This document shows, one piece after another, positions 39,015 through 46,672 of a stretch of DNA of 64,000 nucleotides (within the stretch, counting starts at the first letter, position 1; the number at the start of each line of letters is the position of its first letter). The position numbers were made by a program, and so were the translations under genes. The notes beneath the pieces are model-generated. The model worked only from the letters and a program-made list of their open reading frames with translations. It was not told the DNA's origin and did not search any database. Source of the DNA: an uncultured Chloroflexia bacterium (GTDB taxonomy: Bacteria > Chloroflexota > Limnocylindria > Limnocylindrales > CSP1-4); assembly GCA_963821235.1 (NCBI GenBank), contig CAWGCS010000001.1, forward strand, positions 510,751-574,750, written 5' to 3'.

Positions 39015-39692
39015 ATGCTCGCCTTCATCGACCAGATCGTCATCCCCTTCCTCGGGAACCTCTACGGTGCGGTCGGCTATCTCGGCGTGACGCTCGCCAT
39101 GGCCATCGAATTGGCCATGATCCCCCTCCCGTCGGAGCTGATCCTCCCGTTCGCCGGCTTCCTCATCTCCGACCCGGCGCAGGCGGAGCCGCTCACCGGC
39201 CAGCCGTGGAGCTTCTGGCTCGTCGTCGTGGTGGGGACGATCGGGAACACGCTCGGTTCGCTCATCGCCTACGCCATCGGCGCATACGGCGGGCGGCCGT
39301 TCCTGGAGCGCTACGGCAAGTACCTCCTCATCCGGCAGCACGAGATCGAGATCGCCGACCACTTCTTCGCCCGCTGGGGTGCCCAGACGGCGTTCTTCAG
39401 CCGCCTCCTGCCGATCGTCCGGACCTTCATCAGCTTCCCGGCCGGGGTCGCCCGGATGGACCTCCGGAAGTTCATCGCCTACTCGACCGCCGGTGCCTTC
39501 CTGTGGTCGACCGCCCTCGTCTGGGCCGGCGTCCAGCTCGGCGCGAACTGGGTGGAGATCCGGGAGATGCTGCAGCCGTTCGACCTGGCGATCGCCGTCG
39601 CGGTGGTGGTCGGCCTCGTGGTCCTCCTCTGGCTTCGCCTGGGTCGGCCGATCCCGGGCCGTCGAGGGGCGCCCGGTCCGGGGGCCGAATAG
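39015..39692 (+). CDS. DedA-family membrane protein
   Basis: SNARE_assoc/DedA motifs (LPFAGFLIS, GNTLGSLIAYAIG, FFSRLLPIVRTFISFPAG). Confidence 0.85.
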   Translation: MLAFIDQIVIPFLGNLYGAVGYLGVTLAMAIELAMIPLPSELILPFAGFLISDPAQAEPLTGQPWSFWLVVVVGTIGNTLGSLIAYAIGAYGGRPFLERYGKYLLIRQHEIEIADHFFARWGAQTAFFSRLLPIVRTFISFPAGVARMDLRKFIAYSTAGAFLWSTALVWAGVQLGANWVEIREMLQPFDLAIAVAVVVGLVVLLWLRLGRPIPGRRGAPGPGAE

Positions 39693-39741
39693 CGGCGCCG
39701 CGAGTCGGGGCCTCGACTCCGCGAGCCCGGGGTGACTCCGC

Positions 39742-40431
39742 TCAGGCGCCGGGCGACGGCTCCCAGGGCGCCTGGCCCGGAGCCGCGACGTGCGACGTGT
39801 CGTTGACCGCCAGCACGCGGGCCTCGTCCGGCGACGCGCCGGGCGGCCAGCGCAGGACGGTCAGGTTGGCCTGGCCCTGGGTGAACCGGCGGCGGTACTC
39901 GCCGACCGGGACGCGGATCGCGACGCACAGCAGGATCCGATTGAACGTGCTGTGGGCGACGGCGAGGGCCACCCCGTCGACGCCGGCCCCCGCGGCCGCG
40001 CCTGGGCGGGCGGCGGCCCAGGCCAGGAGGTCGACGAGGAACGAACGGGCCCGGACCGCGACGTCGGCGCCCGATTCGCCGCCCGGGCACGGGGTCGCCC
40101 CAAGATCCCCGAGCCAGCGCGCCCGCAGGGCGGCATCGCGAGCGTCGATCTCCTCGTAGGTGAGGCCCTCCCAGGCGCCGTAGTCCATCTCCATGAGCCG
40201 CCCGTCTGCCTCGACGGGCCGTCCGCGGGCGACGGCCGAGGCCGTCTCCATGGCCCGCCGGAGCGGGCTGCTGACGATCCGGTCGAAGCGCTCGTCGGCG
40301 ATGCGCGCGGCGAGGGCGGCCGCCTGGGCGACGCCCGCGGCCGAGAGGCCGAGGTCGATCCCCTGGCCGAGGTGCTGCTCGGGCTCCGATCGCGCGGTCA
40401 GCCCGTGGCGGGTCAGGACGAGCGTCAGCAT
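39742..40431 (-). CDS. histidine phosphatase family protein (phosphoglycerate-mutase-like)
   Basis: Has the LTRHG catalytic motif (LVLTRHGLTA) and a downstream His (VAHSTFNR). Confidence 0.8.
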   Translation of the reverse strand: MLTLVLTRHGLTARSEPEQHLGQGIDLGLSAAGVAQAAALAARIADERFDRIVSSPLRRAMETASAVARGRPVEADGRLMEMDYGAWEGLTYEEIDARDAALRARWLGDLGATPCPGGESGADVAVRARSFLVDLLAWAAARPGAAAGAGVDGVALAVAHSTFNRILLCVAIRVPVGEYRRRFTQGQANLTVLRWPPGASPDEARVLAVNDTSHVAAPGQAPWEPSPGA

Positions 40432-40515
40432 CGCCGGCCGAGTGTACCGGCCGTTGGTACGATGCCGCCATCCGGCCGGGGAACGTCACCCGAAGCCGGC
40501 AGCCAGGCGAGGACC

Positions 40516-40722
40516 ATGAGCGACCCGACGAGCGCCGCCGCCGACGCGCACGGCGACCACGAGCCCGACGACGCAGGCCACGGCCACGCTGGCCATGACG
40601 AGCACGGCGACCACGCCCAGGCGCTCGGCCCGGTCGACTGGCTCGCCTGGGGGGCCGGCATCCTGGGCGTGGCGGCCGGCCTCGCCGTCGCCTTCTGCCT
40701 CCTCGTCGCGACGAACCTGTAG
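40516..40722 (+). CDS. small His-rich membrane-anchored protein (hypothetical)
   Basis: 68 aa. The N-terminal 35 aa are His/Asp/Glu-rich (HGDHEPDDAGHGHAGHDEHGDH), followed by one TM helix. A plausible RBS (AGGCGAGGA) precedes the ATG. Confidence 0.35.
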   Translation: MSDPTSAAADAHGDHEPDDAGHGHAGHDEHGDHAQALGPVDWLAWGAGILGVAAGLAVAFCLLVATNL

Positions 40723-40727
40723 GACCG

Positions 40728-41252
40728 GTGGCTTCCCCCTTCGGACCCAACGCGAGCGCCGCCGAGCGGCTGCTCGACGCCCTCGATCGCCTGCCGCCCG
40801 GCGCGGTGGTGGCCCTCGCGGCCGCCGGCAGCGAGCTGGGGACGGCCGACGACGACCCGGCGGTGGCCGCCCGGGCCGAGCTGCGCGGTCGCCTCCGCGC
40901 GGTGGCGAAGAGCGCCCGCCGGCTGGAGGCGGTGCGCGCGATCGGCGACGAGGTCGCGGCGTGGGCCTCCAGCGCCTCCCACTGGTTCCCCGCCGGCATC
41001 GCCGGCACCGGGGACAGCACGGCGGAGATCGCGCCGCGAATGGCGGCCGTGCCCGTCGTCCTGGACGCCGCCTATGCGGTGATCCTGGAGGACCTCCTCT
41101 CCGACGACGAGCTGGACCTCCTCCTGGGACCGTGGGAGGAGGTCGTCGGCTCGCCCTTCGACGAGCCCGGGGAAGGCGGCGACGACACGCGGGACGGCTG
41201 GGACGATCGGCTCGACGACGCCCAGCCCCTGCCCGTGGACGACGAGGGCTAG
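40728..41252 (+). CDS. hypothetical acidic protein
   Basis: 174 aa, GTG start, Asp/Glu-rich C-terminus. No recognisable domain, but the codon bias is coding-like. Confidence 0.35.
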   Translation: MASPFGPNASAAERLLDALDRLPPGAVVALAAAGSELGTADDDPAVAARAELRGRLRAVAKSARRLEAVRAIGDEVAAWASSASHWFPAGIAGTGDSTAEIAPRMAAVPVVLDAAYAVILEDLLSDDELDLLLGPWEEVVGSPFDEPGEGGDDTRDGWDDRLDDAQPLPVDDEG

Positions 41253-42955
41253 AAGAGCCCGACGACGTTCCCGTCGGCGTCGATGTCGATCTTCTCGCCG
41301 GCGGGCCGCGAGGGGAGCCCCGGCATCGTCCGCATGTCGCCCGCGAGCGGGTAGATGAAGCCGGCCCCGGCCGCCAGGCGCACGTCGCGGACCGGCAGGC
41401 GGAAGCCCGTCGGGCGACCCTTGAGGGCCGGGTCGTGGGACAGCGAGAGGTGGGTCTTGGCGACGCAGACGGGGAGGTGGCCGAATCCCAGGCCCTCGTA
41501 CTCGGCGAGGGCCTTCGTCGCCGCGGGCGCGAAGTCGACCCCGTCGGCCCCGTAGACGCGGGTCGCGATCATCTCGATCTTCGCCCGCAGCGGCATCTCG
41601 TCGGGGTAGAGGAAGCGGAACGCGCCGCCGTCGGCCGCGGCCGCCTCCCAGACCGCCGCCGCCAGCGCCTCGGCGCCCCTGCCGCCCTCGGCGAAGTTCG
41701 TGGTGACCACCGCGTCGCGGGCGCCGGCGGCGACCGCGATCTCGCGGACGGCCTCGAGCTCGGCCGGCGTGTCGGTCGGGAAGGCGTTCATGGCCACGAC
41801 CACCGGCACGCCGTAGGAGCGGACGATCTCGACCTGTGCCGCCAGGTTGGCGCCGCCGGCCCGGACCGCCTCGACGTTCTCCGTGGTGAGGGCCGGGTCG
41901 AGCGGCTTGCCGGCCACGATCCGGCCCACCCCGCCGTGCATCTTGAGGGCCCGGATGGTGGCCACCACGACGGCGGCGTCGGGGCGCAGCCCCGAGGCCC
42001 GGCACTTGATGTCGAAGAACTTCTCGGCCCCCATGTCGGCCCCGAAGCCGGCCTCCGTGACGACGATGTCGGAGGTGGCCAGGGCGACCCGGTCGGCCAG
42101 GATCGAGCTGTTGCCGTGGGCGATGTTGGCGAAGGGGCCGCAGTGGACGTAGGCCGGGCCGCCCTCGAGCGTCTGGAGGAGGTTGGGCTTGATGGCGTCG
42201 CGGAGGAGGACGGTCATCGCGCCGGCGACGCCGAGGTCCTCGGTCGTGACCGCCTTGCCTTCGCGCGAGGTCGCCACGACGATGCGGCCGAGGCGCGCCC
42301 GCAGGTCCCGCAGGTCCTTCGAGAGGGCCAGGATCGCCATCACCTCGGAGGCGACCGTGATCACCCACTCGGCCTCGCGGGGGACGCCGTTCTCCTTGCC
42401 GCCGAGGCCGATGATCGCCCGCCGGATGGCCCGGTCGCTGATGTCGACGACGCGCGGCCAGCGGATGGAGAAGGGGTCGATCCCGAGGGCGTTGCCGTGA
42501 TGGAGGTGGTTGTCGAGGAAGGCGGACGCCAGGTTGTGGGCGGCGCTGATGGCGTGCACGTCGCCGGTCAGGTGGAGGTTGAAGTCCTCCATCGGGATGA
42601 TCTGGGAGTAGCCGCCCCCGGCGGCGCCGCCCTTGATCCCGAAGACGGGCCCCAGCGACGGCTGGCGGATGGCGACGGCCGCCTTGCGGCCGATCCGGGT
42701 GAGGCCCTGGGCCAGGCCCACGGTGGTCGTCGTCTTGCCCTCGCCCAGGGGCGTCGGGGTGATGGCCGTCACGACGACGTACCTGCCCCGCGGTCGCTCG
42801 CGCTCGACGCGCTCCACCCCGGCGAGGGTCACCTTGGCCTTCGTCGGGCCGTACAGCTCGATCTCGTCGGGCCGCAGGCCGAGGTCGGCGGCCACGTCGC
42901 CGATGGGCCGCGGGGTGACGGAGCGCGCGATCTCGAGATCGGACGGGAACGACAT
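41249..42955 (-). CDS. fhs: formate--tetrahydrofolate ligase
   Basis: Full-length FTHFS with the P-loop region (PTPLGEGKTTTTVGLAQ) and conserved core. Confidence 0.95.
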   Translation of the reverse strand: MSFPSDLEIARSVTPRPIGDVAADLGLRPDEIELYGPTKAKVTLAGVERVERERPRGRYVVVTAITPTPLGEGKTTTTVGLAQGLTRIGRKAAVAIRQPSLGPVFGIKGGAAGGGYSQIIPMEDFNLHLTGDVHAISAAHNLASAFLDNHLHHGNALGIDPFSIRWPRVVDISDRAIRRAIIGLGGKENGVPREAEWVITVASEVMAILALSKDLRDLRARLGRIVVATSREGKAVTTEDLGVAGAMTVLLRDAIKPNLLQTLEGGPAYVHCGPFANIAHGNSSILADRVALATSDIVVTEAGFGADMGAEKFFDIKCRASGLRPDAAVVVATIRALKMHGGVGRIVAGKPLDPALTTENVEAVRAGGANLAAQVEIVRSYGVPVVVAMNAFPTDTPAELEAVREIAVAAGARDAVVTTNFAEGGRGAEALAAAVWEAAAADGGAFRFLYPDEMPLRAKIEMIATRVYGADGVDFAPAATKALAEYEGLGFGHLPVCVAKTHLSLSHDPALKGRPTGFRLPVRDVRLAAGAGFIYPLAGDMRTMPGLPSRPAGEKIDIDADGNVVGLF

Positions 42956-42985
42956 CGGCAGGGCCTCCGCCGCGCTCGTGCGCGG

Positions 42986-43933
42986 CTACGACGTGGGGGT
43001 GGACGGCGGGGGGCTCGAGGTGGGGATCGGCTGGCGGAGCGAGACGGCGCCCGGGGCAGTCAGGCCCTCGGCCTGGTTGCGGGCGGCCCGGACGAGGTGG
43101 GTGAGGAGGATGGCGTTCGTCAGGGGGCCGACGCCGCCCGGCACCGGCGCGATCGCCGCCGCGACCCGAGCCGCGGACTCGAAGTCGACGTCACCCACCA
43201 GGCGGCCATCGACGACGTTGATCCCGACGTCGACGACCACCGCCCCGGGCTTCAGCATCTCGCCGGTGATGAGCCCGGGCCGTCCCGCCGCGACGACCAC
43301 GACGTCCGCCTCCCGGACCTGGGCCGCGAGATCGCGGGTCCGCGAGTGGCAGATGGTCACCGTCGCGTGCTCGCGGAGGAGGAGGAGGGCGGCCGGCTTG
43401 CCGACCACGTTGGAGCGGCCGACGACCACGGCCCGGGCGCCGGCCAGCGGCACGCCCGAGCGGCGCAGGAGCTCCACCGCGGCGTGGGCGGTCGCCGGCA
43501 GGAAGCCGTCGTAGCCGAGGGCCAGGAGCCCCGCGTTGAGCGGGTGGATCCCGTCGATGTCCTTGGCCGGGTCGAGAGTGTCGATCACGACGCGGAGGGG
43601 GATCGTGGCCGGCAGCGGCTGCTGGACGATGATCCCGGCCACGGTCCGCTCGGCGCCGAGGGCCGCGATCTCGCGGCCGAGGGCCTCCGCGGTGCAGTCG
43701 TCGCCCAGCTCCACGAGGCGATCCTGGATGCCGACCAGGCGGCAGCCGTCGAGGATCTTGTGGAGGTAGACGGTGGAGGGGGCGTCGCGACCGACGATGA
43801 CGACGGCCAGCTCCGGCGTGTACGCGTGGCGGGCCTTGAAGGCGGCGACGTCGGCCGCGACCGTGGTGCGAACCTCCGCCGCGACCGGCCCGCCGCGCAG
43901 GAGGCGCGGGCCTTCGTCGTTGAGGAGCGTCAC
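42986..43933 (-). CDS. folD: bifunctional methylenetetrahydrofolate dehydrogenase / methenyltetrahydrofolate cyclohydrolase
   Basis: FolD motifs (VIVGRDAPSTVYLHKI, GRSNVVGKPAALLLL, PVPGGVGPLT). The GTG start overlaps the upstream gene stop in a GTGA arrangement. Confidence 0.9.
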   Translation of the reverse strand: MTLLNDEGPRLLRGGPVAAEVRTTVAADVAAFKARHAYTPELAVVIVGRDAPSTVYLHKILDGCRLVGIQDRLVELGDDCTAEALGREIAALGAERTVAGIIVQQPLPATIPLRVVIDTLDPAKDIDGIHPLNAGLLALGYDGFLPATAHAAVELLRRSGVPLAGARAVVVGRSNVVGKPAALLLLREHATVTICHSRTRDLAAQVREADVVVVAAGRPGLITGEMLKPGAVVVDVGINVVDGRLVGDVDFESAARVAAAIAPVPGGVGPLTNAILLTHLVRAARNQAEGLTAPGAVSLRQPIPTSSPPPSTPTS

Positions 43934-44598
43934 GCGCCGGCCTCGGGCTCGCGGAGCTCGCGACGCTCGACGTGGGCCCGGGTGGCCTCGGCGAGGTCCT
44001 CGATCTCGGCGAGGAGCTCCCCGACCCGGCCGCGCATCCCGTCGGCGAGGCCCTCGTCGCCGAGCGAGGGGAGGTTGACGAGGACGTTCTCGGCGGCCCC
44101 GTGGGCGGAGGCCTCGGCGAGGCGCGAGGCGACGGCGAGGTCGCTGGCGGCGTTGAGGTTGCTGCGCCCCGCCAGCCCCTCCGACGCGCGGACCACGTCG
44201 CGGCACGCCTCGAGGGTCCGCAGGGGGGCCTCCGCGGCGACGCGGGCCGAGGCCCGGATGGCGGCCGCCCGGGCCACCCGCTCCCCGTCCGACTCGCGAG
44301 GCAGCTTGAGCGCGGCGGCGAACGCGGCGTAGGCGTCGGCGTCCTCGTCGGCCAGGGCAAGGAGCCGGGCCGCGAGCTCGCGACCCGCCGCGCCGTGACG
44401 AGCGTGGCTCGCCTCGTGCGCGGCGTACCTGGGGCGGCCCTCGGAGAGCGCCGCGACCATCGCGACGAGCGCGGCGCCGCACGAGGCGGCCACGGCCGAG
44501 GCCGCCCCTCCGCCGGGGCTGGGGGTCGCCGACGCGAGGCTGTCGATGAACCCGTCGAGGGTCATCGACCCGAAACGAGCCGGGGGTGTCTCGGACAT
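43930..44598 (-). CDS. formimidoyltetrahydrofolate cyclodeaminase (stand-alone FtcD cyclodeaminase domain)
   Basis: The N-terminus (TLDGFIDSLASATPSPGGGAASAVAASCGAALVAMVAAL) is the signature of the cyclodeaminase domain. The 839-aa ORF in the track is a 5' extension artefact. Confidence 0.85.
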   Translation of the reverse strand: MSETPPARFGSMTLDGFIDSLASATPSPGGGAASAVAASCGAALVAMVAALSEGRPRYAAHEASHARHGAAGRELAARLLALADEDADAYAAFAAALKLPRESDGERVARAAAIRASARVAAEAPLRTLEACRDVVRASEGLAGRSNLNAASDLAVASRLAEASAHGAAENVLVNLPSLGDEGLADGMRGRVGELLAEIEDLAEATRAHVERRELREPEAGA

Positions 44599-44891
44599 GG
44601 GCTCGATTGTATGAGGCGAGTGACCCACCGACAGAGCCGTCCCGCCCGGACGGCCGGGCCGCGGGAACCGGCCCTGGATGACGGGCGGCTGCGCAGGGTG
44701 CCCGGCGCGGAGGCCCGCTGCCGGCCGGTCTGGTGCGATGGGACCTGAGGTCCAGGACGTGGCCGGGCCCGAGGCGAGCGCGGTACCGGTCGCGTTCACC
44801 CCGGGCCCGAGGAGATGGCCCGCCGGGAGGACGGCGGGCCGTGGCGCCGGGCGGAGGTCCGGCGCGGTAGATGCGGGCGGGTCGCCTCGCC

Positions 44892-45164
44892 TCAGGCGGC
44901 CCGGGCGACGTCGGTGTCCAGGCCCTCGACCAGCCAGCGCCGGCCGCGATGCCGGAAGGTCAGGGCGAGGCGAACCTCGGGCGTCTCGACCTCGAACGTC
45001 GTGCGCGGGCCGATCTCCGTCGGGTAGGCGGCGGTCTCGCGGCGCACCGCCGCGATGGCGGTCACCTGGATCGTCCGTTCGCCCCAGCGGATCTCCCGGG
45101 GGCGGCCGGAGAGCCAGTCGGTCCGGACCCGGACTTCGACCGGCTCGACGCGGGTCATGGCCAT
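44892..45164 (-). CDS. small hypothetical protein with LexA (Cheo) boxes in its promoter
   Basis: About 90 aa (MAMTRVEPVEVRV...). Its only upstream intergenic region contains two GAAC-N4-GTTC boxes. Start was chosen at the ATG downstream of the boxes. No recognisable family. Confidence 0.4.
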   Translation of the reverse strand: MAMTRVEPVEVRVRTDWLSGRPREIRWGERTIQVTAIAAVRRETAAYPTEIGPRTTFEVETPEVRLALTFRHRGRRWLVEGLDTDVARAA

Positions 45165-45215
45165 CGATCTGCTCCTTCTCGGCGGCTCGTCGTCGCCCGG
45201 GGCACTCGGGAGACA

Positions 45216-45261
45216 GAACACCTGTTCGACTCAAACGACACTCTAGATCGAACGTCCGTTC
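45216..45261. promoter_or_regulatory. two LexA-binding Cheo boxes (CAGAACACCTGTTCGA and TCGAACGTCCGTTCGA)
   Basis: Two direct matches to the Gram-positive SOS box consensus (T)CGAAC-N4-GTTCG(A), spaced 34 bp apart, between the dinB 3' end and the small ORF 5' end. Confidence 0.6.
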
Positions 45262-45362
45262 GATGTCAAGACCCCCGCTCGACGGGGATGGCGGGAGCGT
45301 CGCCGGTGGCGGTGCCAGCTTGAATGGCACAGGCGTTCGACGGTCGCGGGGCTGCCAGCGAC

Positions 45363-46652
45363 TCAGGCGTCGGCGTCGTCGGCGCTGTCGGGGGGCGGAC
45401 GATCGCCGTCTGGCGCCGTCGGCGCCGGGCGGGCGCGTCCCACCCGCCGCGGCTGCAGCGGCTGCATCGGGTCGCGGCCGGCCGGGTCGGCGAGGCGGTC
45501 GCCGAGCAGGCGCGCCTTCGTGAGGGAGCGGCTGCCGTACTTGCGCCGGATCGCGTCCTGCGCCTCCGCCGCCCTGCGCCGTCGCGGATCCTCGCTCGCG
45601 AAGAGCCCCAGCTGGGCCGGCTCTCCGAGGCCGTGCGCGCCCACCCCCAGCAGGCGAATCTTGCGGCCTCGGACCTCCGGCCGGACCAGGTCGAGGGCCG
45701 TCCGGAAGATGGGCTCGGCAAGATCGGTCGGCTCGGCCAGGGTGCGCTGGCGGGTGACGGTGTGGAACGCGCTGTCGCGGACCTTCACCTGGACCGTCGA
45801 CGCCCGGACCTCGCCGGCGCGCAGGCGCGAGGCAACCCCCTCGGAGAGGGCGAGGAGCGTGCGCTCGATGACCTCCGGGTCGGAGGTGTCGAGGTCGAAG
45901 GTATGCTCGTGGCTGACCGACTTGGCGGCGATCTCCCCGACGACGGGCGACGGGTCGATCCCCAGGGCCCGCTCGTGGAGCGTCGCCCCGTGCGCCCCGA
46001 GCCGACGGACCAGCACGTCGACCGGGAGCGCCGCGAGGTCGCCGATCGTGGCCACTCCGTGCTCGGCGAGGACCAGCCGCGTCTGCTCGCCCACGCCCCA
46101 CAGGCGGCGGATGGGGAGCGGCGCCAGGAACGCCGCCTCCCGGCCGGGCGGCACGACGACGAGGCCGTCGGGCTTGCGCAGGTCGGAGGCCACCTTGGCG
46201 ACGAGCTTCGTGGTGGCCGCGCCGACGCTCGCCGTCAGGCCCACCTCGCCCCGGACGTCGGCCTTGATCCGGCGGGCGATCTCCTCCGGCGGGCCGAAGA
46301 GCGCCTCGCTGCCGGCCACGTCGAGGAAGGCCTCGTCGATCGAGACCTGCTCGAGGAGCGGGGTGAAGCGGCCGAGGATCTCCATGACCCGCCGGCTCTC
46401 GCGGCGGTACGACGCCCCGTCGACCGGCAGGAAGACCCCCTGCGGACACAGCGCGGCCGCCGTCCGCAGGGGCATCGCCGATCGCACGCCGAACGCCCGC
46501 GCCTCGTAGCTGGCGGCCGAGACGACGCCGCGGGCGCCCGGGTCGCCGCCGACGATCACGGGCCGGCCCCGCAGCTCCGGCCGGTCGCGCTGCTCGACCG
46601 CCGCGAAGAAGGCGTCGAGGTCGACGTGGAGGATCGTGGGGCTGCTTCGCAC
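45363..46652 (-). CDS. dinB: DNA polymerase IV (Y-family translesion polymerase)
   Basis: Catalytic motifs (ILHVDLDAFFAAVE, SIDEAFLDV), palm/fingers, and the little-finger domain. Start was set at the GTG (VRSSPTILHVD). Confidence 0.9.
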   Translation of the reverse strand: MRSSPTILHVDLDAFFAAVEQRDRPELRGRPVIVGGDPGARGVVSAASYEARAFGVRSAMPLRTAAALCPQGVFLPVDGASYRRESRRVMEILGRFTPLLEQVSIDEAFLDVAGSEALFGPPEEIARRIKADVRGEVGLTASVGAATTKLVAKVASDLRKPDGLVVVPPGREAAFLAPLPIRRLWGVGEQTRLVLAEHGVATIGDLAALPVDVLVRRLGAHGATLHERALGIDPSPVVGEIAAKSVSHEHTFDLDTSDPEVIERTLLALSEGVASRLRAGEVRASTVQVKVRDSAFHTVTRQRTLAEPTDLAEPIFRTALDLVRPEVRGRKIRLLGVGAHGLGEPAQLGLFASEDPRRRRAAEAQDAIRRKYGSRSLTKARLLGDRLADPAGRDPMQPLQPRRVGRARPAPTAPDGDRPPPDSADDADA

Positions 46653-46672
46653 CCCTCTATCATCGCGGCGAC

